A DNA stretch of 64,000 nucleotides from Candidatus Nomurabacteria bacterium (GTDB lineage: Bacteria > Patescibacteriota > Minisyncoccia > Phycocordibacterales > JAACPR01): the NCBI GenBank assembly GCA_020632215.1, contig JACKFZ010000006.1:12574-76573 (forward strand), written 5' to 3'. The translations under genes were made by a program, and so were the position numbers. The notes below the pieces were generated by a model, which saw nothing but the letters and a program-made list of their open reading frames with translations, had not been told where the DNA came from and did not search any database. Shown here piece after piece: positions 11,071-22,051 of the stretch (its first letter is position 1; each line of letters starts with the position of its first letter).

Positions 11071-12954
11071 CTATCTCACTTCCCAACCTTTACTTTCCAA
11101 AGCTTTATTGACTTTCTCCATCACCACATTAACCTCATCGTCAGTCAAAGTTTTTTCAAAAGATTGAAATACCAATCGAAAAGCATAAGATACTTTCCCA
11201 TCTTTTTTGTACTCATCAAAAAGTTTAGTATTAACTAATAATTCTCCCGTATGTTCCTTGATCAAATTCAACAAACCATCAGTGGGTATATTATCAGGAA
11301 CCCAAACGGCTATATCACGTAAAACAAAAGGGTACTGAGAAAAAGTTTTGTATGATTCAATTTCTGTTGAATTTGCTAACAGTGGAGAATTTTTGACTGT
11401 TTCAGAATTTAATACTCGGTCTGGGATTACTACTTCTAAAATATGCTCATTTTCAGAGACTTCTTTAATTTTTAAATCCAAAGCATTGTTCAGTTCATCT
11501 ATTACCGTGTTTATAAATTCACTAGCCTTAGGTTTTTTTATCTTATTTCCCAAAACTCCAAAACATAAATGTAATTCTTCTTCACCTCTTTCAAATGTCT
11601 TTCCGATTTCAAAAACTTTTACAAAATCTAGCCCCAGTAAATCAGCATTTCTGACGTTTGTTTCTAAGGCACTTTCTATTGCATCTTTTATGTTTGTTCT
11701 CAGATACTTTTTATCTTGAGCCACAGGTTTCAAAGTGGCAATATCTCCTTCTTCTCTAAAAGAACTAGTAACAATTTCGCTGAATCCCAAATTGCACAAA
11801 AGATTTTTGATTAAAATTAAAATGGCATAATGCCCGTCTATAACATTATCGTTCTTATTATCTTCTATCGGTTTTTCTACAATATTTTCATATCCATAGA
11901 TTCTTCCAATTTCTTCTATAACATCTTCTTTGATGCGAATATCTAATCTATTCGTTGGCGCAGTAACGATAAATTTTTCTCCGTCATTTTCATATGCAAA
12001 ATTTAGTTTCTTTAATACAGCTTCTACAATATCTCCATTTAGATTAGTCCCCAATAATGAATTAATTTCTTCAAGAGAAACAGATACTTTGTGAATCTCG
12101 TCATCTTTTTCTCCAACATCAACTAACGCACCTATATAACCTCCTGCATCTTTCAGTATTAAACAAGCAACCATTTTGATGCCTTCTTCCGCTATTCTGG
12201 GACTAATTTCATTTTCAAACCTCTTAGAAGAATCAGTTTTTATGTTGACTTTGGAACTAGCCTTGCGGATGTATGCAGAATCCCAATTTGCCGCCTCTAA
12301 AACGATACTCTTTGTTTCTTTTGTAACTTCTGCTTTTTTACCTCCCTTAATACCCGCAATAGCCAAAGGTCCTTCATCGTCAGCAACAACTACAATGGTA
12401 GTATCCAAAGTAACCTCTTTATTATCCAACGTTGTTATCTGTTCACCATCTTTTGCATTACGAATTGTAATCTTTCCTTTTATTTTATCTTTATCAAAGA
12501 CATGCAAAGGTCTGCCGATTTCGTACATTACAATATTTGTAAAATCTACAACATTGTTGATAGACCTTTGTTCTAACACTTCCATTTTGTGTTTTATTAA
12601 ATTCTGAGAATCTTTAACTTCAACATTATCGATAGTTAATGAATAGTATCTTTTACAGACATCAGTATTTGAAATTTCAACTTCTACTTCCCTACCTTCC
12701 CCCAAAACCAAATTTTCTTTTTTATCAAAAAAAGACAGGCCAGTAATTACAGAGATTTCTTTTGCTATTCCTCGATGACACAGAGAGTCATGTGCTCTGT
12801 TTGGAAGAACATCGACATCTATTGAATAATCTCCATCGACCTCTTTTACTCCTTCAACTTGGTAGGCACGAGTATTTAAAATGTCAGCCAATTCATTTGC
12901 TGGTGGCAACTTATCTTTGAAATATTCTTGTAACCAATTGTATGAAACTATCAT
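11071..12954 (-). CDS. pheT: phenylalanine--tRNA ligase beta subunit
   Basis: Begins with the canonical MIVSYNWLQEYF PheT N-terminus and has a B3/B4 region. Sits immediately downstream of pheS. Confidence 0.85.
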   Translation of the reverse strand: MIVSYNWLQEYFKDKLPPANELADILNTRAYQVEGVKEVDGDYSIDVDVLPNRAHDSLCHRGIAKEISVITGLSFFDKKENLVLGEGREVEVEISNTDVCKRYYSLTIDNVEVKDSQNLIKHKMEVLEQRSINNVVDFTNIVMYEIGRPLHVFDKDKIKGKITIRNAKDGEQITTLDNKEVTLDTTIVVVADDEGPLAIAGIKGGKKAEVTKETKSIVLEAANWDSAYIRKASSKVNIKTDSSKRFENEISPRIAEEGIKMVACLILKDAGGYIGALVDVGEKDDEIHKVSVSLEEINSLLGTNLNGDIVEAVLKKLNFAYENDGEKFIVTAPTNRLDIRIKEDVIEEIGRIYGYENIVEKPIEDNKNDNVIDGHYAILILIKNLLCNLGFSEIVTSSFREEGDIATLKPVAQDKKYLRTNIKDAIESALETNVRNADLLGLDFVKVFEIGKTFERGEEELHLCFGVLGNKIKKPKASEFINTVIDELNNALDLKIKEVSENEHILEVVIPDRVLNSETVKNSPLLANSTEIESYKTFSQYPFVLRDIAVWVPDNIPTDGLLNLIKEHTGELLVNTKLFDEYKKDGKVSYAFRLVFQSFEKTLTDDEVNVVMEKVNKALESKGWEVR

Positions 12955-12957
12955 GAT

Positions 12958-13692
12958 TTAAAATTGATTAACTAATCTTAAGTCTCCGTTGTAAAACAAA
13001 CGAATATCATCCACTCCATATTTCAAGACCGCAATCCTATCGATCCCAACACCAAAAGCAAAGCCCTGATATTTTTCTGGGTCGATCCCTACATTTCTCA
13101 AAACATTTGGATGAACCATCCCTGCACCCAACACTTCTATCCAACCAGAATGAGAACAGGTTGAACAACCAGAACCCTTACATCTAAAACATTCCAAATC
13201 TATCTCAACACCTGGTTCAACAAAAGGAAAATAACCTGGCCTAAACTGAGTTTTGACATCTTCACCAAAGATCTTTCTTAAAAAAGAATTCAAATAATAT
13301 TTCAAATTAGCCATTGAGACATCCTCGCCAACCGCCAAACCTTCTAACTGATAAAACTGTACTTCATGAGTTCTATCAGTAGCCTCATTTCTAAAAACTT
13401 TTCCGGGAACTATGATCTTGAAAGGTGGCTTATTTTTTTCCATATACCTAATTTGGACATTCGAAGTCTGAGTTCTTAGTAACTTTGGAATATCCTTCAA
13501 CCAAAAAGTATCTTGCATGTCCCTGGCCGGATGATCTTTAGGGAAGTTCAAAGCATCAAAGTTGTGATATTCATCTTCAAGTTCTGGACCTGCTGCCACA
13601 TCAAAACCCATTTCCAAAAAGGCTTTCACCATCTCGTTGGTAATATGAGTTACTGGATGTATATGGCCTTTTTCTGAATTCATAGGGTTCAT
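12958..13692 (-). CDS. pheS: phenylalanine--tRNA ligase alpha subunit (short form)
   Basis: Class II aminoacyl-tRNA synthetase motifs [14 protein letters not shown] and [10 protein letters not shown]. Paired with pheT with a 3-nt gap. Confidence 0.8.
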   Translation of the reverse strand: MNPMNSEKGHIHPVTHITNEMVKAFLEMGFDVAAGPELEDEYHNFDALNFPKDHPARDMQDTFWLKDIPKLLRTQTSNVQIRYMEKNKPPFKIIVPGKVFRNEATDRTHEVQFYQLEGLAVGEDVSMANLKYYLNSFLRKIFGEDVKTQFRPGYFPFVEPGVEIDLECFRCKGSGCSTCSHSGWIEVLGAGMVHPNVLRNVGIDPEKYQGFAFGVGIDRIAVLKYGVDDIRLFYNGDLRLVNQF

Positions 13693-13715
13693 TCTATCTC
13701 TTCAACACCTTTATT

Positions 13716-14690
13716 TCAAATCAATACTTCTCTATAAATATCTCCCTGTCTGATAAAGATAGTGTTATTGTCTCTAACTCTAAAATCTAGATTTCTACCT
13801 TCCAAAATTGGTTGAATATTTGGCGTAGATCTATTGTCGATTTCTATGACATAAACTCCATTTTCATTCAAAATTAGCAAAACATCATTTCTACCAGGAA
13901 GAAAATCGTAGTAGACAATCTCTCGCCCAAAAGATATATCTATATATTCGTTACATTTTTCTAGACAGAAAAAGTATGGTGTCGCTTCTGTCTCCCCAGA
14001 CCACATTACTCGTACATTACCTCTTTCTAACCATGTCAAGATTCTCTGTTTTTCCCTAATCAATTCTTTTGACTGAATGTCGGTTATTTCCAATTCTTCA
14101 ACAAAATCTGGCAGAACTAACACTGTTGTTGTAGAAACCACCAACTGTGTTTGCCCTCGAACGACTTTTGGAGTGGTAGTTGAAACTACAGCCTCAAACT
14201 GATCCAAATTATCTTTATCAAATAAACTTTCAATGATGCTATACTCTGGATTTTCCACTGGCTTTTCAATGGCACTGCTTGTTGTTGAGTTTACAGGATT
14301 TGTTTTTTCAATATCTCTAAATTCAATATCTGTTGGCAACATTAATACCTGACCTTCTGTTACCAAATTTGGAAATACAAAAAGTTCTTTTATCCAAGTA
14401 TGATGTCCTTCTTTTTCTACTCTTATCTGATAGCTTCTATTTGGCCTCAAATCCTGAATCAAAGTATTTCTAAGAATTAATCCATTATCTTCAACAAACT
14501 CTCCATCTATATATACCTGTGTACCTGATAAGTTTGAATGAATAAATATCCCTCCAGTCTTGATAATAGACAAAGCATCTCCCAACCTATATCCTGTCGA
14601 ATAGAAAATAATAAAAGGTGCACCAAAAATAAAAACCATGACAAGAGTTAGTAATAGTAATGTTCTTTTTTTTCTTGAAAGTGGTTGCAT
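13716..14690 (-). CDS. hypothetical membrane-anchored protein
   Basis: N-terminal transmembrane segment (LLLLTLVMVFIFGAPFIIF). No recognisable motif. Confidence 0.45.
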   Translation of the reverse strand: MQPLSRKKRTLLLLTLVMVFIFGAPFIIFYSTGYRLGDALSIIKTGGIFIHSNLSGTQVYIDGEFVEDNGLILRNTLIQDLRPNRSYQIRVEKEGHHTWIKELFVFPNLVTEGQVLMLPTDIEFRDIEKTNPVNSTTSSAIEKPVENPEYSIIESLFDKDNLDQFEAVVSTTTPKVVRGQTQLVVSTTTVLVLPDFVEELEITDIQSKELIREKQRILTWLERGNVRVMWSGETEATPYFFCLEKCNEYIDISFGREIVYYDFLPGRNDVLLILNENGVYVIEIDNRSTPNIQPILEGRNLDFRVRDNNTIFIRQGDIYREVLI

Positions 14691-16288
14691 TATATATTTT
14701 GTCCTGTCGGTGCTATATCGACAGTATCACCCTTACGATGCTTTGGTGTGACCCAAAACCCCATATACCGACCAAACATTAATCTAGTTTGTGCATCAAG
14801 ACCAGGAATAGCTCCGAATATTATTATTGTAAAAGGAACCAATAGCCATTGCAAAAACATCATGACCCATCGAGATTTTCGACGCCTATAACTTTCTGGC
14901 ATTTTGGGTACCAGACTAGCTCCAATTATTGCAGATAGTATCAACCCTGCCATAGCCAATGCCATCAAGTTTCTAGTAATCAGTGGTAGATTATATGATA
15001 GAACGGTACTTCTAAATGCGGTACCTCCCAGAATGATTGGCAACCAACCTAGCAAAAGAATTACCAAAGGATTTGTTGCTAACGACCAGAATCCCTCTAT
15101 TTGAACAAAAGAATATCTAATCTTTTTTCGCAATGGAATTTTTTTATTTTTTATAAAATTAAACAAAACATAAGGAATATTCTCTACACCCCACGACCAT
15201 CGTCTATGTTGTTTATAAATATTTCTCATTGTCTTCCAAAATGATTCTGCCAGATTAGCATCCATAGAGACAGGATATGAAATCGGAACCACGTTGTAAT
15301 TTCCATTATGAGCCATTAGCATATTCCAAAAAATTCTAGAGTCTTCGGAAACCATATTTCTCTGCCAATATTTATTTTCGAAAAGAGTTCTGAAACTTAC
15401 TGCATGAGAAGAAAACGTCGCCAACTTCTCAGGTCTTTCTTGCTGAATCATTTGCCAATAAGTACTAGTCAAAGCTGCCACTCGAGAAATTGGATTAGCC
15501 TCCCAAATGTTATTGTTATACAAAGGAATGGGCTGGAAAGAAGATTTGTATGGATCTTCTGCTGTTAGAAAGTGCCATGTTAAACACAAAAAATATTGCG
15601 GATAAACAACGGTGTCAATATCAAAAGCAGAAACTAAGACATTTTCATAAGAAATATTTTCTTTATCCAAAATCTCAATTCTCCCCTGTTCTGCAGCATA
15701 AGAAATGTTAGAACCTTTACCTGCCATTTCTCCTGGTAAATCTTCTGGATGAACAGTAGTAATGATTTTTGCAAAAACATTGGCATATTTAACTTCCATT
15801 TCCCTACCAATTTGAATTGCTTCTGTGCCTGCTCTCTCTTCAGCCGCAAGAATAATAAGCATTCGATCTTTTCGATAATTTGTATTTTCTAGAGATTTTA
15901 ATGTGCCTTCTATTACTTCTCTACTTTCTGTGTAGTAAGGCAATATAACAATGTGATAAATATGCTCGTATTTCAAATTACCAATCATGTCCTGCCAATC
16001 AACTTTGATATTGTGAAGCATTCGCTTCCAGTTGTATCTATGATGAAAGGATAAATGAACTGTTTTTAATAACCAGTAAAAATCAAAGGCAAGAATAAAA
16101 TATGCAGCCCAAGTTGGCTTATATATAGAAAGAATAACAATTAGTAAAATAGTCCCCCAAGATAGAGCCCCTGGCAGTATTTCCAACAAACGAAAAAGAA
16201 GCTTGTCTTTACCCGACAAGTCTCGTGCATGAGCCACATGATAATATGGCGAATTAGAATAGTTATATTCTTGCCCTGACATAGCCAC
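14690..16288 (-). CDS. family 2 glycosyltransferase, membrane-embedded processive type (cellulose/chitin-synthase-like)
   Basis: Q-x-x-R-W motif (KQHRRWSWG) and multiple C-terminal transmembrane segments. Confidence 0.65.
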   Translation of the reverse strand: MAMSGQEYNYSNSPYYHVAHARDLSGKDKLLFRLLEILPGALSWGTILLIVILSIYKPTWAAYFILAFDFYWLLKTVHLSFHHRYNWKRMLHNIKVDWQDMIGNLKYEHIYHIVILPYYTESREVIEGTLKSLENTNYRKDRMLIILAAEERAGTEAIQIGREMEVKYANVFAKIITTVHPEDLPGEMAGKGSNISYAAEQGRIEILDKENISYENVLVSAFDIDTVVYPQYFLCLTWHFLTAEDPYKSSFQPIPLYNNNIWEANPISRVAALTSTYWQMIQQERPEKLATFSSHAVSFRTLFENKYWQRNMVSEDSRIFWNMLMAHNGNYNVVPISYPVSMDANLAESFWKTMRNIYKQHRRWSWGVENIPYVLFNFIKNKKIPLRKKIRYSFVQIEGFWSLATNPLVILLLGWLPIILGGTAFRSTVLSYNLPLITRNLMALAMAGLILSAIIGASLVPKMPESYRRRKSRWVMMFLQWLLVPFTIIIFGAIPGLDAQTRLMFGRYMGFWVTPKHRKGDTVDIAPTGQNI

Positions 16289-16521
16289 TACTCTACCATT
16301 TTAGCAAGGTTTTTCAATATTATTTATATATTTATCCAAACAATACTTTGAAATTTCTAGTATAACTTTTTGATGGTAATCATTAGTCTTTTATAAGAAA
16401 ACAGCAATTTCATCTATTCAATAATAACGCAGTTCTAGAATTTAATATTTAATATTTAGTATTTGTTTCGGATTTCGTGCTTCGAATTTCGAATTTTAAA
16501 ATCTGCTTGCAGATTTTACTG

Positions 16522-16594
16522 AGCCACTTGTCAGGCTCGAACTGACGACCTGCCGTTTACAAAACGGCTGCTCTACCAACTGAGCTAAAGTGGC
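16522..16594 (-). tRNA. tRNA-Thr (anticodon UGU)
   Basis: Reverse complement reads gccactt-tagctcagttggtagagca-gccgt-tTTGTAa-acggc-aggtc-gtcagttcgagcctgac-aagtggc-t. Anticodon is TGT. Confidence 0.75.
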
Positions 16595-16755
16595 AATTGT
16601 TGGTATGTTGCTAAAAGCAACGTGTCAAAGATTATATAGAAAAATATGGATTTGTAAATGAATTTCTAGGCTCTTAGATATCAGACAGCAAACATTGTTT
16701 ATTAAGTCTATGATTATCAGATTCTTTTGCCCAGCAATGGGCTAGCATCTGCTAT

Positions 16756-17127
16756 CTAATGTCTAATTTCTTCTTTATGCTCCTGCAAACTACTGATGAA
16801 AAAAGAAGCAGAACCCTTATTCTTCAAAACTCCTTTGCCTCTAATAGAATCTATATATTTAGCGCTCTTTCTAACAAATATTTCCCACAAATCAACCATT
16901 AGGTGAGCAACCGTTCTAAATATATTTTTGAAAAAGTTAGATATAGAATTATTTACAATAGACAAAATATTTCTAACCCAGTTCCAGACAGTAAGAACTA
17001 TCTTGTCACCTGACTTTCTAAAAGATTGAGAAACAATATCTTGACCCCTCTTAATCTCAAGCATTCTGATGCCCACAATAGACACCATCAAAACTATAGA
17101 AACTGAAAAAATAATGATTTGTGTCAT
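16756..17127 (-). CDS. hypothetical small membrane protein
   Basis: N-terminal hydrophobic segment IIIFSVSIVLMVSIVGI. Confidence 0.35.
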   Translation of the reverse strand: MTQIIIFSVSIVLMVSIVGIRMLEIKRGQDIVSQSFRKSGDKIVLTVWNWVRNILSIVNNSISNFFKNIFRTVAHLMVDLWEIFVRKSAKYIDSIRGKGVLKNKGSASFFISSLQEHKEEIRH

Positions 17128-17131
17128 AAAA

Positions 17132-17719
17132 CTATTCTAACACTCCAAAACGAGCCATCCTTGTGATTTCGATTTTTTCACCAAACTTTTGAATAGCTTC
17201 TTGGACCAGATCAGAAATTGTCTTACTAGGATCTTTGATAAAATCTTGCTCCAAAAGAGTTTTTTCTTTGAAATACGCTTTTAGCTTTCCATCAATAACT
17301 TGTTCTCTGATATTATCTGGCTTACCTTCTGCTTCTTTTTCAAAAACTTCCTTTGCCTTAGATTTTGCATCTTCATTTATATCATCAACGCTCAAAAACT
17401 CAGGAACACTAGCAGCGACATGCATAGCAACATCTCTTGCAAAACTTTGAAAGTCCTCATTTCTAGCAACAAAATCAGTCTCGCACTGGACTTCAACCAT
17501 AGCTCCGACAGCTCCACCGCCGTGAATATATGACGCAACAGTTCCAGACCCCAAAGTTCTATCAGCCTTCTTTGATGCAGCCTTGGCGCTGAGTTTTTGT
17601 AGAATAATTTTTGCTTTATCCATATCTCCTCCTGCTTCTTCTAAAGCATTTTTGCATTGCATCACAGAAACTCCTGTTGCATCTCGTAATTGTTTGATTT
17701 GATCTGTTGTAATTGCCAT
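17132..17719 (-). CDS. tsf: elongation factor Ts
   Basis: N-terminal UBA-like MAITTDQIKQLRDATGVSVMQCKNALEEAGGDMDKA. Sits downstream of rpsB. Confidence 0.85.
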   Translation of the reverse strand: MAITTDQIKQLRDATGVSVMQCKNALEEAGGDMDKAKIILQKLSAKAASKKADRTLGSGTVASYIHGGGAVGAMVEVQCETDFVARNEDFQSFARDVAMHVAASVPEFLSVDDINEDAKSKAKEVFEKEAEGKPDNIREQVIDGKLKAYFKEKTLLEQDFIKDPSKTISDLVQEAIQKFGEKIEITRMARFGVLE

Positions 17720-17785
17720 ATTTGTGAATTTTAATTATTTAAACAAAAAATCGTTCAGTGATTTTGAACAATTTATTATAACTTA

Positions 17786-18496
17786 TTATTTATCTCCTGC
17801 TACTGTCTTCTTGTTTTTTGCTCCTTCCTTATAAGCTTCGACAATTTCTTTTACAAAAAATCTAATACTATCAACAGAAGAATCATTAGCGACTATAGGA
17901 TAATCAATCTTTGAGATATCACAATCAGAGTTACAAAGACTAACCACAGGAACATTCATTTTCAAAGCTTCTGCTAGTGCAATATCTTCTTGCAAAGAAT
18001 CAACAATAAAAACAGCTGCTGGCTTTTGTCTCATAGAAACAACGCCACCAAATCTTTCTTCTAGCTTTTCGATTTCTCTATCAATAAGAAGTCTTTCCTT
18101 CTTTGTATACTTTGCTAGTAAACCTTTTTCCTTTTGTTCTGTTAAAGTTTCTAGTCTTGAAACTCTTTTTTTCATTTCATCAAAATTAGTGATTGTTCCT
18201 CCAATCCATCTACCGACAACGAATGGTTGATCAATACTCATAGCAGCATCCTTAACGATACCGATAGCTTGTCTTTTTCCAGAAACAAATAGCACTTGCT
18301 GTCCTTCACTAGCTACCTTAGAAACAAATTCTTTTGCCTTAGCTAACAGATCATCAATTTTCTCCAAATCAAAAATCTCGACGCCATTTTTAGCGCCAAA
18401 GATAAATGGAGCAACAGTTGGGTGTCTTCGGCTCTTTGAATAACCATAATGAGCACCGACTTTGAACATTTCTTCGACTGTATTTGAATTCGACAT
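17786..18496 (-). CDS. rpsB: 30S ribosomal protein S2
   Basis: MFKVGAHYGYSKSRRHPTVAPFIFG plus GIVKDAAMSIDQPFVVGRWIGGTITN. Confidence 0.9.
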   Translation of the reverse strand: MSNSNTVEEMFKVGAHYGYSKSRRHPTVAPFIFGAKNGVEIFDLEKIDDLLAKAKEFVSKVASEGQQVLFVSGKRQAIGIVKDAAMSIDQPFVVGRWIGGTITNFDEMKKRVSRLETLTEQKEKGLLAKYTKKERLLIDREIEKLEERFGGVVSMRQKPAAVFIVDSLQEDIALAEALKMNVPVVSLCNSDCDISKIDYPIVANDSSVDSIRFFVKEIVEAYKEGAKNKKTVAGDK

Positions 18497-18595
18497 GTTG
18501 GGAGAGTTTAGCAGAAAAGGTCAAAGCTGGCAAGGGTTATTTTAAAAATAAAAAGGTCGAACACTAGCCAAAAGACTATTGATGTTCAACCCAAA

Positions 18596-19057
18596 TCAAT
18601 ATTCAAACAAACCCCTCAACACCACTCCTCTTCTCCTAAAGTAATCCCACGGGTTAGAAGGTAATCCTGGGCATTCCTTATAACGTTTCGCGTACTCAAC
18701 CTGACTGCAAATTTCCATATCTTTGACAATCTGTTTCAATCTTTCAACAGTCAAAGTCGTTGGTAGAAGTATTTTTTCTTCCCTGTTTTCCTTAAAAATA
18801 GCACAGATTAGAGGTCGCAGATTCTCTCCATAAGTCACCGTAGGATTTGAAGGAAGTTTATCTTCAAACTTCTCATAACGCGCAGCGTAGTCACGCCACG
18901 AGACAAATTTATGCTCTCTAAGCAGTTGGAGAAATTTTGCCGGTGTACAAAATCCCCTTCTGAAACCACTAGGATGTTTTCTGTACAAAGGGCTACGATA
19001 AAATTCTACTTTTTTGCCCTTTGCCGTCGTAAAAGTAATCAGAAATCCTTCTTTCAT
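18596..19057 (-). CDS. hypothetical protein with an internally duplicated Y-A-x-R-Y...LPSNP motif
   Basis: Two copies of the motif: YAARYEKFEDKLPSNPTVTY and YAKRYKECPGLPSNPWDYF. Slightly higher GC than its neighbours. Inserted between rpsB and prfA. Confidence 0.45.
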   Translation of the reverse strand: MKEGFLITFTTAKGKKVEFYRSPLYRKHPSGFRRGFCTPAKFLQLLREHKFVSWRDYAARYEKFEDKLPSNPTVTYGENLRPLICAIFKENREEKILLPTTLTVERLKQIVKDMEICSQVEYAKRYKECPGLPSNPWDYFRRRGVVLRGLFEY

Positions 19058-19132
19058 TTTTACCTCCTTTCTAGGTTAAGGTTTAACTTTTTTCTCCCCC
19101 CTTATTATCAAAATATATATAAAAAATCAACC

Positions 19133-20086
19133 TTATTCCCCCCTACTAGCTTCAGATAGCTTATCCAAAATATCATCCAGATCTCCAAGCATAATACCTT
19201 CGATATTGTGCCAACTCTCCTTGATTCTGTGATCTGTCACCCTGTTCTGAGGAAAATTATATGTTCTAATCTTTTCAGAACGATCTCCTGTCCCCACTTG
19301 ATTCTTTCTTTCTGAAGCATACTTCTTAGCTTCTTCCTCTTCTTGCAGAGCTTCTACTTTTGCAGTCAATATTTGTAATGCTCTCTCCCTATTGGCCTGT
19401 TGGCTTCTTTCAGCTGTTGATCTGACTTCAAGACCTGTTGGCTTATGCACTAAACGAACAGCAGTCTCAACCTTATTTACATTCTGTCCCCCTTTCCCAC
19501 CAGCTCTTGAGAACTCCATTTCTAAATCTTCTGGTCTCAGAACTACTTGAGACTTTTTCCTCATTGGTAAGATAGCTACTGAGGCTGTTGAAGTATGTAT
19601 TCTTCCCTGTTTTTCAGTGGCTGGAATTCTCTGTACTCGATGCACACCAGTTTCAAATCTAAGATTTTCATAAACTCCCTGACCTCTTATTTCAAAACTA
19701 GCTTCTTTGTAGCCTCCAATATCATTTGTAGATTCATAAAGCTTACGAACAGACCATTCTTGTCTTTCAGCATATCGACTATACATTTCCGCTAATTGAT
19801 AAGAAAAAATAGACGCTTCATCACCCCCAGCGCCAGCCCTAACTTCCAAAACAATCTCATTAGGAAATTCATCTTCTTTTTCTTCCTGAGTTAAGATATC
19901 GTCCATCTGGGTTAATATAGCTTTTTGTTGTTCATCAATCATCTTTAACTCATCTTCGGCCATTTCTTTCATAGCTTCATCACTAGCCATTTCCAAGACT
20001 TCTTCTCTTTGTTTTTGTAGTCGTTCAAACTCCCCCGCTAAAAACTGAGTCTTTTGATTCTCTTTGTATTTTGTTAGATCAGTCAT
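19133..20086 (-). CDS. prfA: peptide chain release factor 1
   Basis: GGQ motif ([18 protein letters not shown]) and the PAT tripeptide ([14 protein letters not shown]) that is characteristic of RF1 rather than RF2. Confidence 0.8.
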   Translation of the reverse strand: MTDLTKYKENQKTQFLAGEFERLQKQREEVLEMASDEAMKEMAEDELKMIDEQQKAILTQMDDILTQEEKEDEFPNEIVLEVRAGAGGDEASIFSYQLAEMYSRYAERQEWSVRKLYESTNDIGGYKEASFEIRGQGVYENLRFETGVHRVQRIPATEKQGRIHTSTASVAILPMRKKSQVVLRPEDLEMEFSRAGGKGGQNVNKVETAVRLVHKPTGLEVRSTAERSQQANRERALQILTAKVEALQEEEEAKKYASERKNQVGTGDRSEKIRTYNFPQNRVTDHRIKESWHNIEGIMLGDLDDILDKLSEASRGE

Positions 20087-20087
20087 G

Positions 20088-20127
20088 TTAGTAAATAGTA
20101 AATAGTAAATAGTAAATAGTAAAGTAG
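20088..20127. repeat. heptanucleotide tandem repeat (TAGTAAA) x5
   Basis: Sequence gttagtaaatagtaaatagtaaatagtaaatagtaaagtag. Confidence 0.8.
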
Positions 20128-20169
20128 ATTGGATTAGAAGTCTCTACTTACTACTATTGTATTTATTAC

Positions 20170-20379
20170 TTACTTTTTTGCCGCAGCCTTTCTTGCCTTA
20201 AATCTTTCAACTCGTCCAGCAGTATCTAGAACCTTTTCTTGGCCTGTATAGAAAGGATGGCAATTGCTACAGATCTCTACTTCTATCTTCTCTTTGGTAG
20301 AACCAACAGAAAAAGAATTGCCACAAGCACAAGTAACTTTCGCGTCTTTATGATATTCGGGGTGTGTCTCTTTTTTCAT
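20170..20379 (-). CDS. rpmE: 50S ribosomal protein L31
   Basis: [10 protein letters not shown]...CxCG...[10 protein letters not shown], the zinc-ribbon form of L31. Confidence 0.85.
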   Translation of the reverse strand: MKKETHPEYHKDAKVTCACGNSFSVGSTKEKIEVEICSNCHPFYTGQEKVLDTAGRVERFKARKAAAKK

Positions 20380-20607
20380 AATATAATGGCAAAGACTATA
20401 TCAGATAATGTTTCGATTGGCAATAATTTAGGAAATCCTAAATTCGAATATCGAAATAGGAAACAAATTCTAAATATTAAATATTAAAATTAAAAAAACA
20501 AGTAAATTATCATTTAGTTTATAATTTAGAGATCAGTGCTTAGAATTTGTTTCGTATTTCGTATTTAGTGCTTCGGATTTTAAAACAAGTTTGCTCGCAA
20601 ACTTGTT

Positions 20608-21960
20608 TTATTGACTATCAACATCCTTCAAGAAGTCGATTTGCTCTTGGAATTCAGTTGCGTGAGCCATAACTTGGTTTCCGTAGAATTGGTTCTGAGG
20701 CAAGCTCCAGTTATTTCCAGCGTAATATTTCAAAGCTGCTGTTTTTTCTGCAGTATATCCACCAGCTGCTGCCCCCAAATCTTTAACATACAGAGCTGTA
20801 GCAGTGAAAGCATGCTCTGGATTCCAAGGGTTTGGAGTAGAAATTCCTAATGCTGAAGCTATGCGACTATCGTACGCGTTCCATGTATAAGGGATAAATT
20901 GAGATGGTCCCATGGCCCCTCCCCAACCGTTACCAATAGGACAAGATAATGGTGTTGACTCTGGGTCTAGACCAAGTTTCTTAGTGATAGCTAGAAAGAT
21001 GGTTTGATCATCTCTCCATGATCCATCATTTGGACCAGGCATAATGTTGTACCATTTCTTAGATTCTGGATCTCCTGGTCTATTACAAGTACCAACATTT
21101 TTACCAAGATCAGATTCTTGTTTCAAAATAGCAAGAATAAAGGCAGCCCTAACACCGGTGGCTCTAGAAGCTTCGTTGGCATATTCTAAAGCTTGCCCAA
21201 AAGAAATCCCCGCAGAATCTCTCAACCGGAATAATGCTTCTCTAATAGTTGCAGCTTTCGCCCTCCTATCTGCTAACAGATCCTCATATGTTTTTTCAGT
21301 CTGCTTGCTGATAGCAAGAACATTTTTCTTTTCTGCCTCTTTAACTTGTACTTGTTTTTTTTCAGCCTCTATCTCTGCTTTAATGTCCCTTTCTTGAACC
21401 TGTCTGGCTTCTAATTTTTTCTTCTCCTCTTCTGTTAACCCACGGATTTCTCTGATTTCATCAAAAAGATTTTCCAAAGCACCTCTAATTTCAAAGTATG
21501 TATCTGAATTTACAAAAAAATCTGACAACCGATCATTAGCCAGTAGTATTTCCGTTAAAGAAATGGAATCTTGTTCGTTAGTCTTTTTTATAAGTTGTGC
21601 CAAAGAATCCATTGATCGATCCATCTTGGCATTTAGTTCAGAAACTGTTTTGTCTTTCAGTTCAATATCTTGACCTAATGTTTTGATAATATTATTTTTT
21701 AAATTAATACTAGTTTGAGCTTTAGTAATTTCAGTAGTTAGAACATCTACATCTCTCTGAATAGTAGCTATTTTAGATTTTTGAACATTCAATAATCCAT
21801 CAAATTTCTCAATTTCCTGATTGTATTGATCAAGTTGTTGTTGTAGTTCCTTTTCTAAATCTGCACTGTTATCTGCAGCGTCTATTTTAAATACAAAAGA
21901 AAAAGATAACGTAAAAACAAAAAGCCAAACAATTGAGTTTTTCAAAAAAACTTTCTTCAT
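20608..21960 (-). CDS. secreted coiled-coil protein with a C-terminal lytic transglycosylase (SLT-like) domain
   Basis: Signal peptide, then a ~250-aa coiled coil. The C-terminal block AAFILAILKQESDLGKN has a catalytic-Glu-Ser motif of SLT type. Confidence 0.55.
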   Translation of the reverse strand: MKKVFLKNSIVWLFVFTLSFSFVFKIDAADNSADLEKELQQQLDQYNQEIEKFDGLLNVQKSKIATIQRDVDVLTTEITKAQTSINLKNNIIKTLGQDIELKDKTVSELNAKMDRSMDSLAQLIKKTNEQDSISLTEILLANDRLSDFFVNSDTYFEIRGALENLFDEIREIRGLTEEEKKKLEARQVQERDIKAEIEAEKKQVQVKEAEKKNVLAISKQTEKTYEDLLADRRAKAATIREALFRLRDSAGISFGQALEYANEASRATGVRAAFILAILKQESDLGKNVGTCNRPGDPESKKWYNIMPGPNDGSWRDDQTIFLAITKKLGLDPESTPLSCPIGNGWGGAMGPSQFIPYTWNAYDSRIASALGISTPNPWNPEHAFTATALYVKDLGAAAGGYTAEKTAALKYYAGNNWSLPQNQFYGNQVMAHATEFQEQIDFLKDVDSQ

Positions 21961-21998
21961 GTTGTATAATTAGAATTATACAGCAATATTAGGATAAT

Positions 21999-22025
21999 GA
22001 AAAAAACGGCCTTTTGACCGTTTTC
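21999..22025 (-). terminator. intrinsic terminator downstream of rplY
   Basis: The minus strand reads aaaacggtcaaaaggccgttttttt (hairpin followed by a T-run), 27 nt after the rplY stop. Confidence 0.55.
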
Positions 22026-22051
22026 CTTACTCAGCAACATAACATTGCAAG

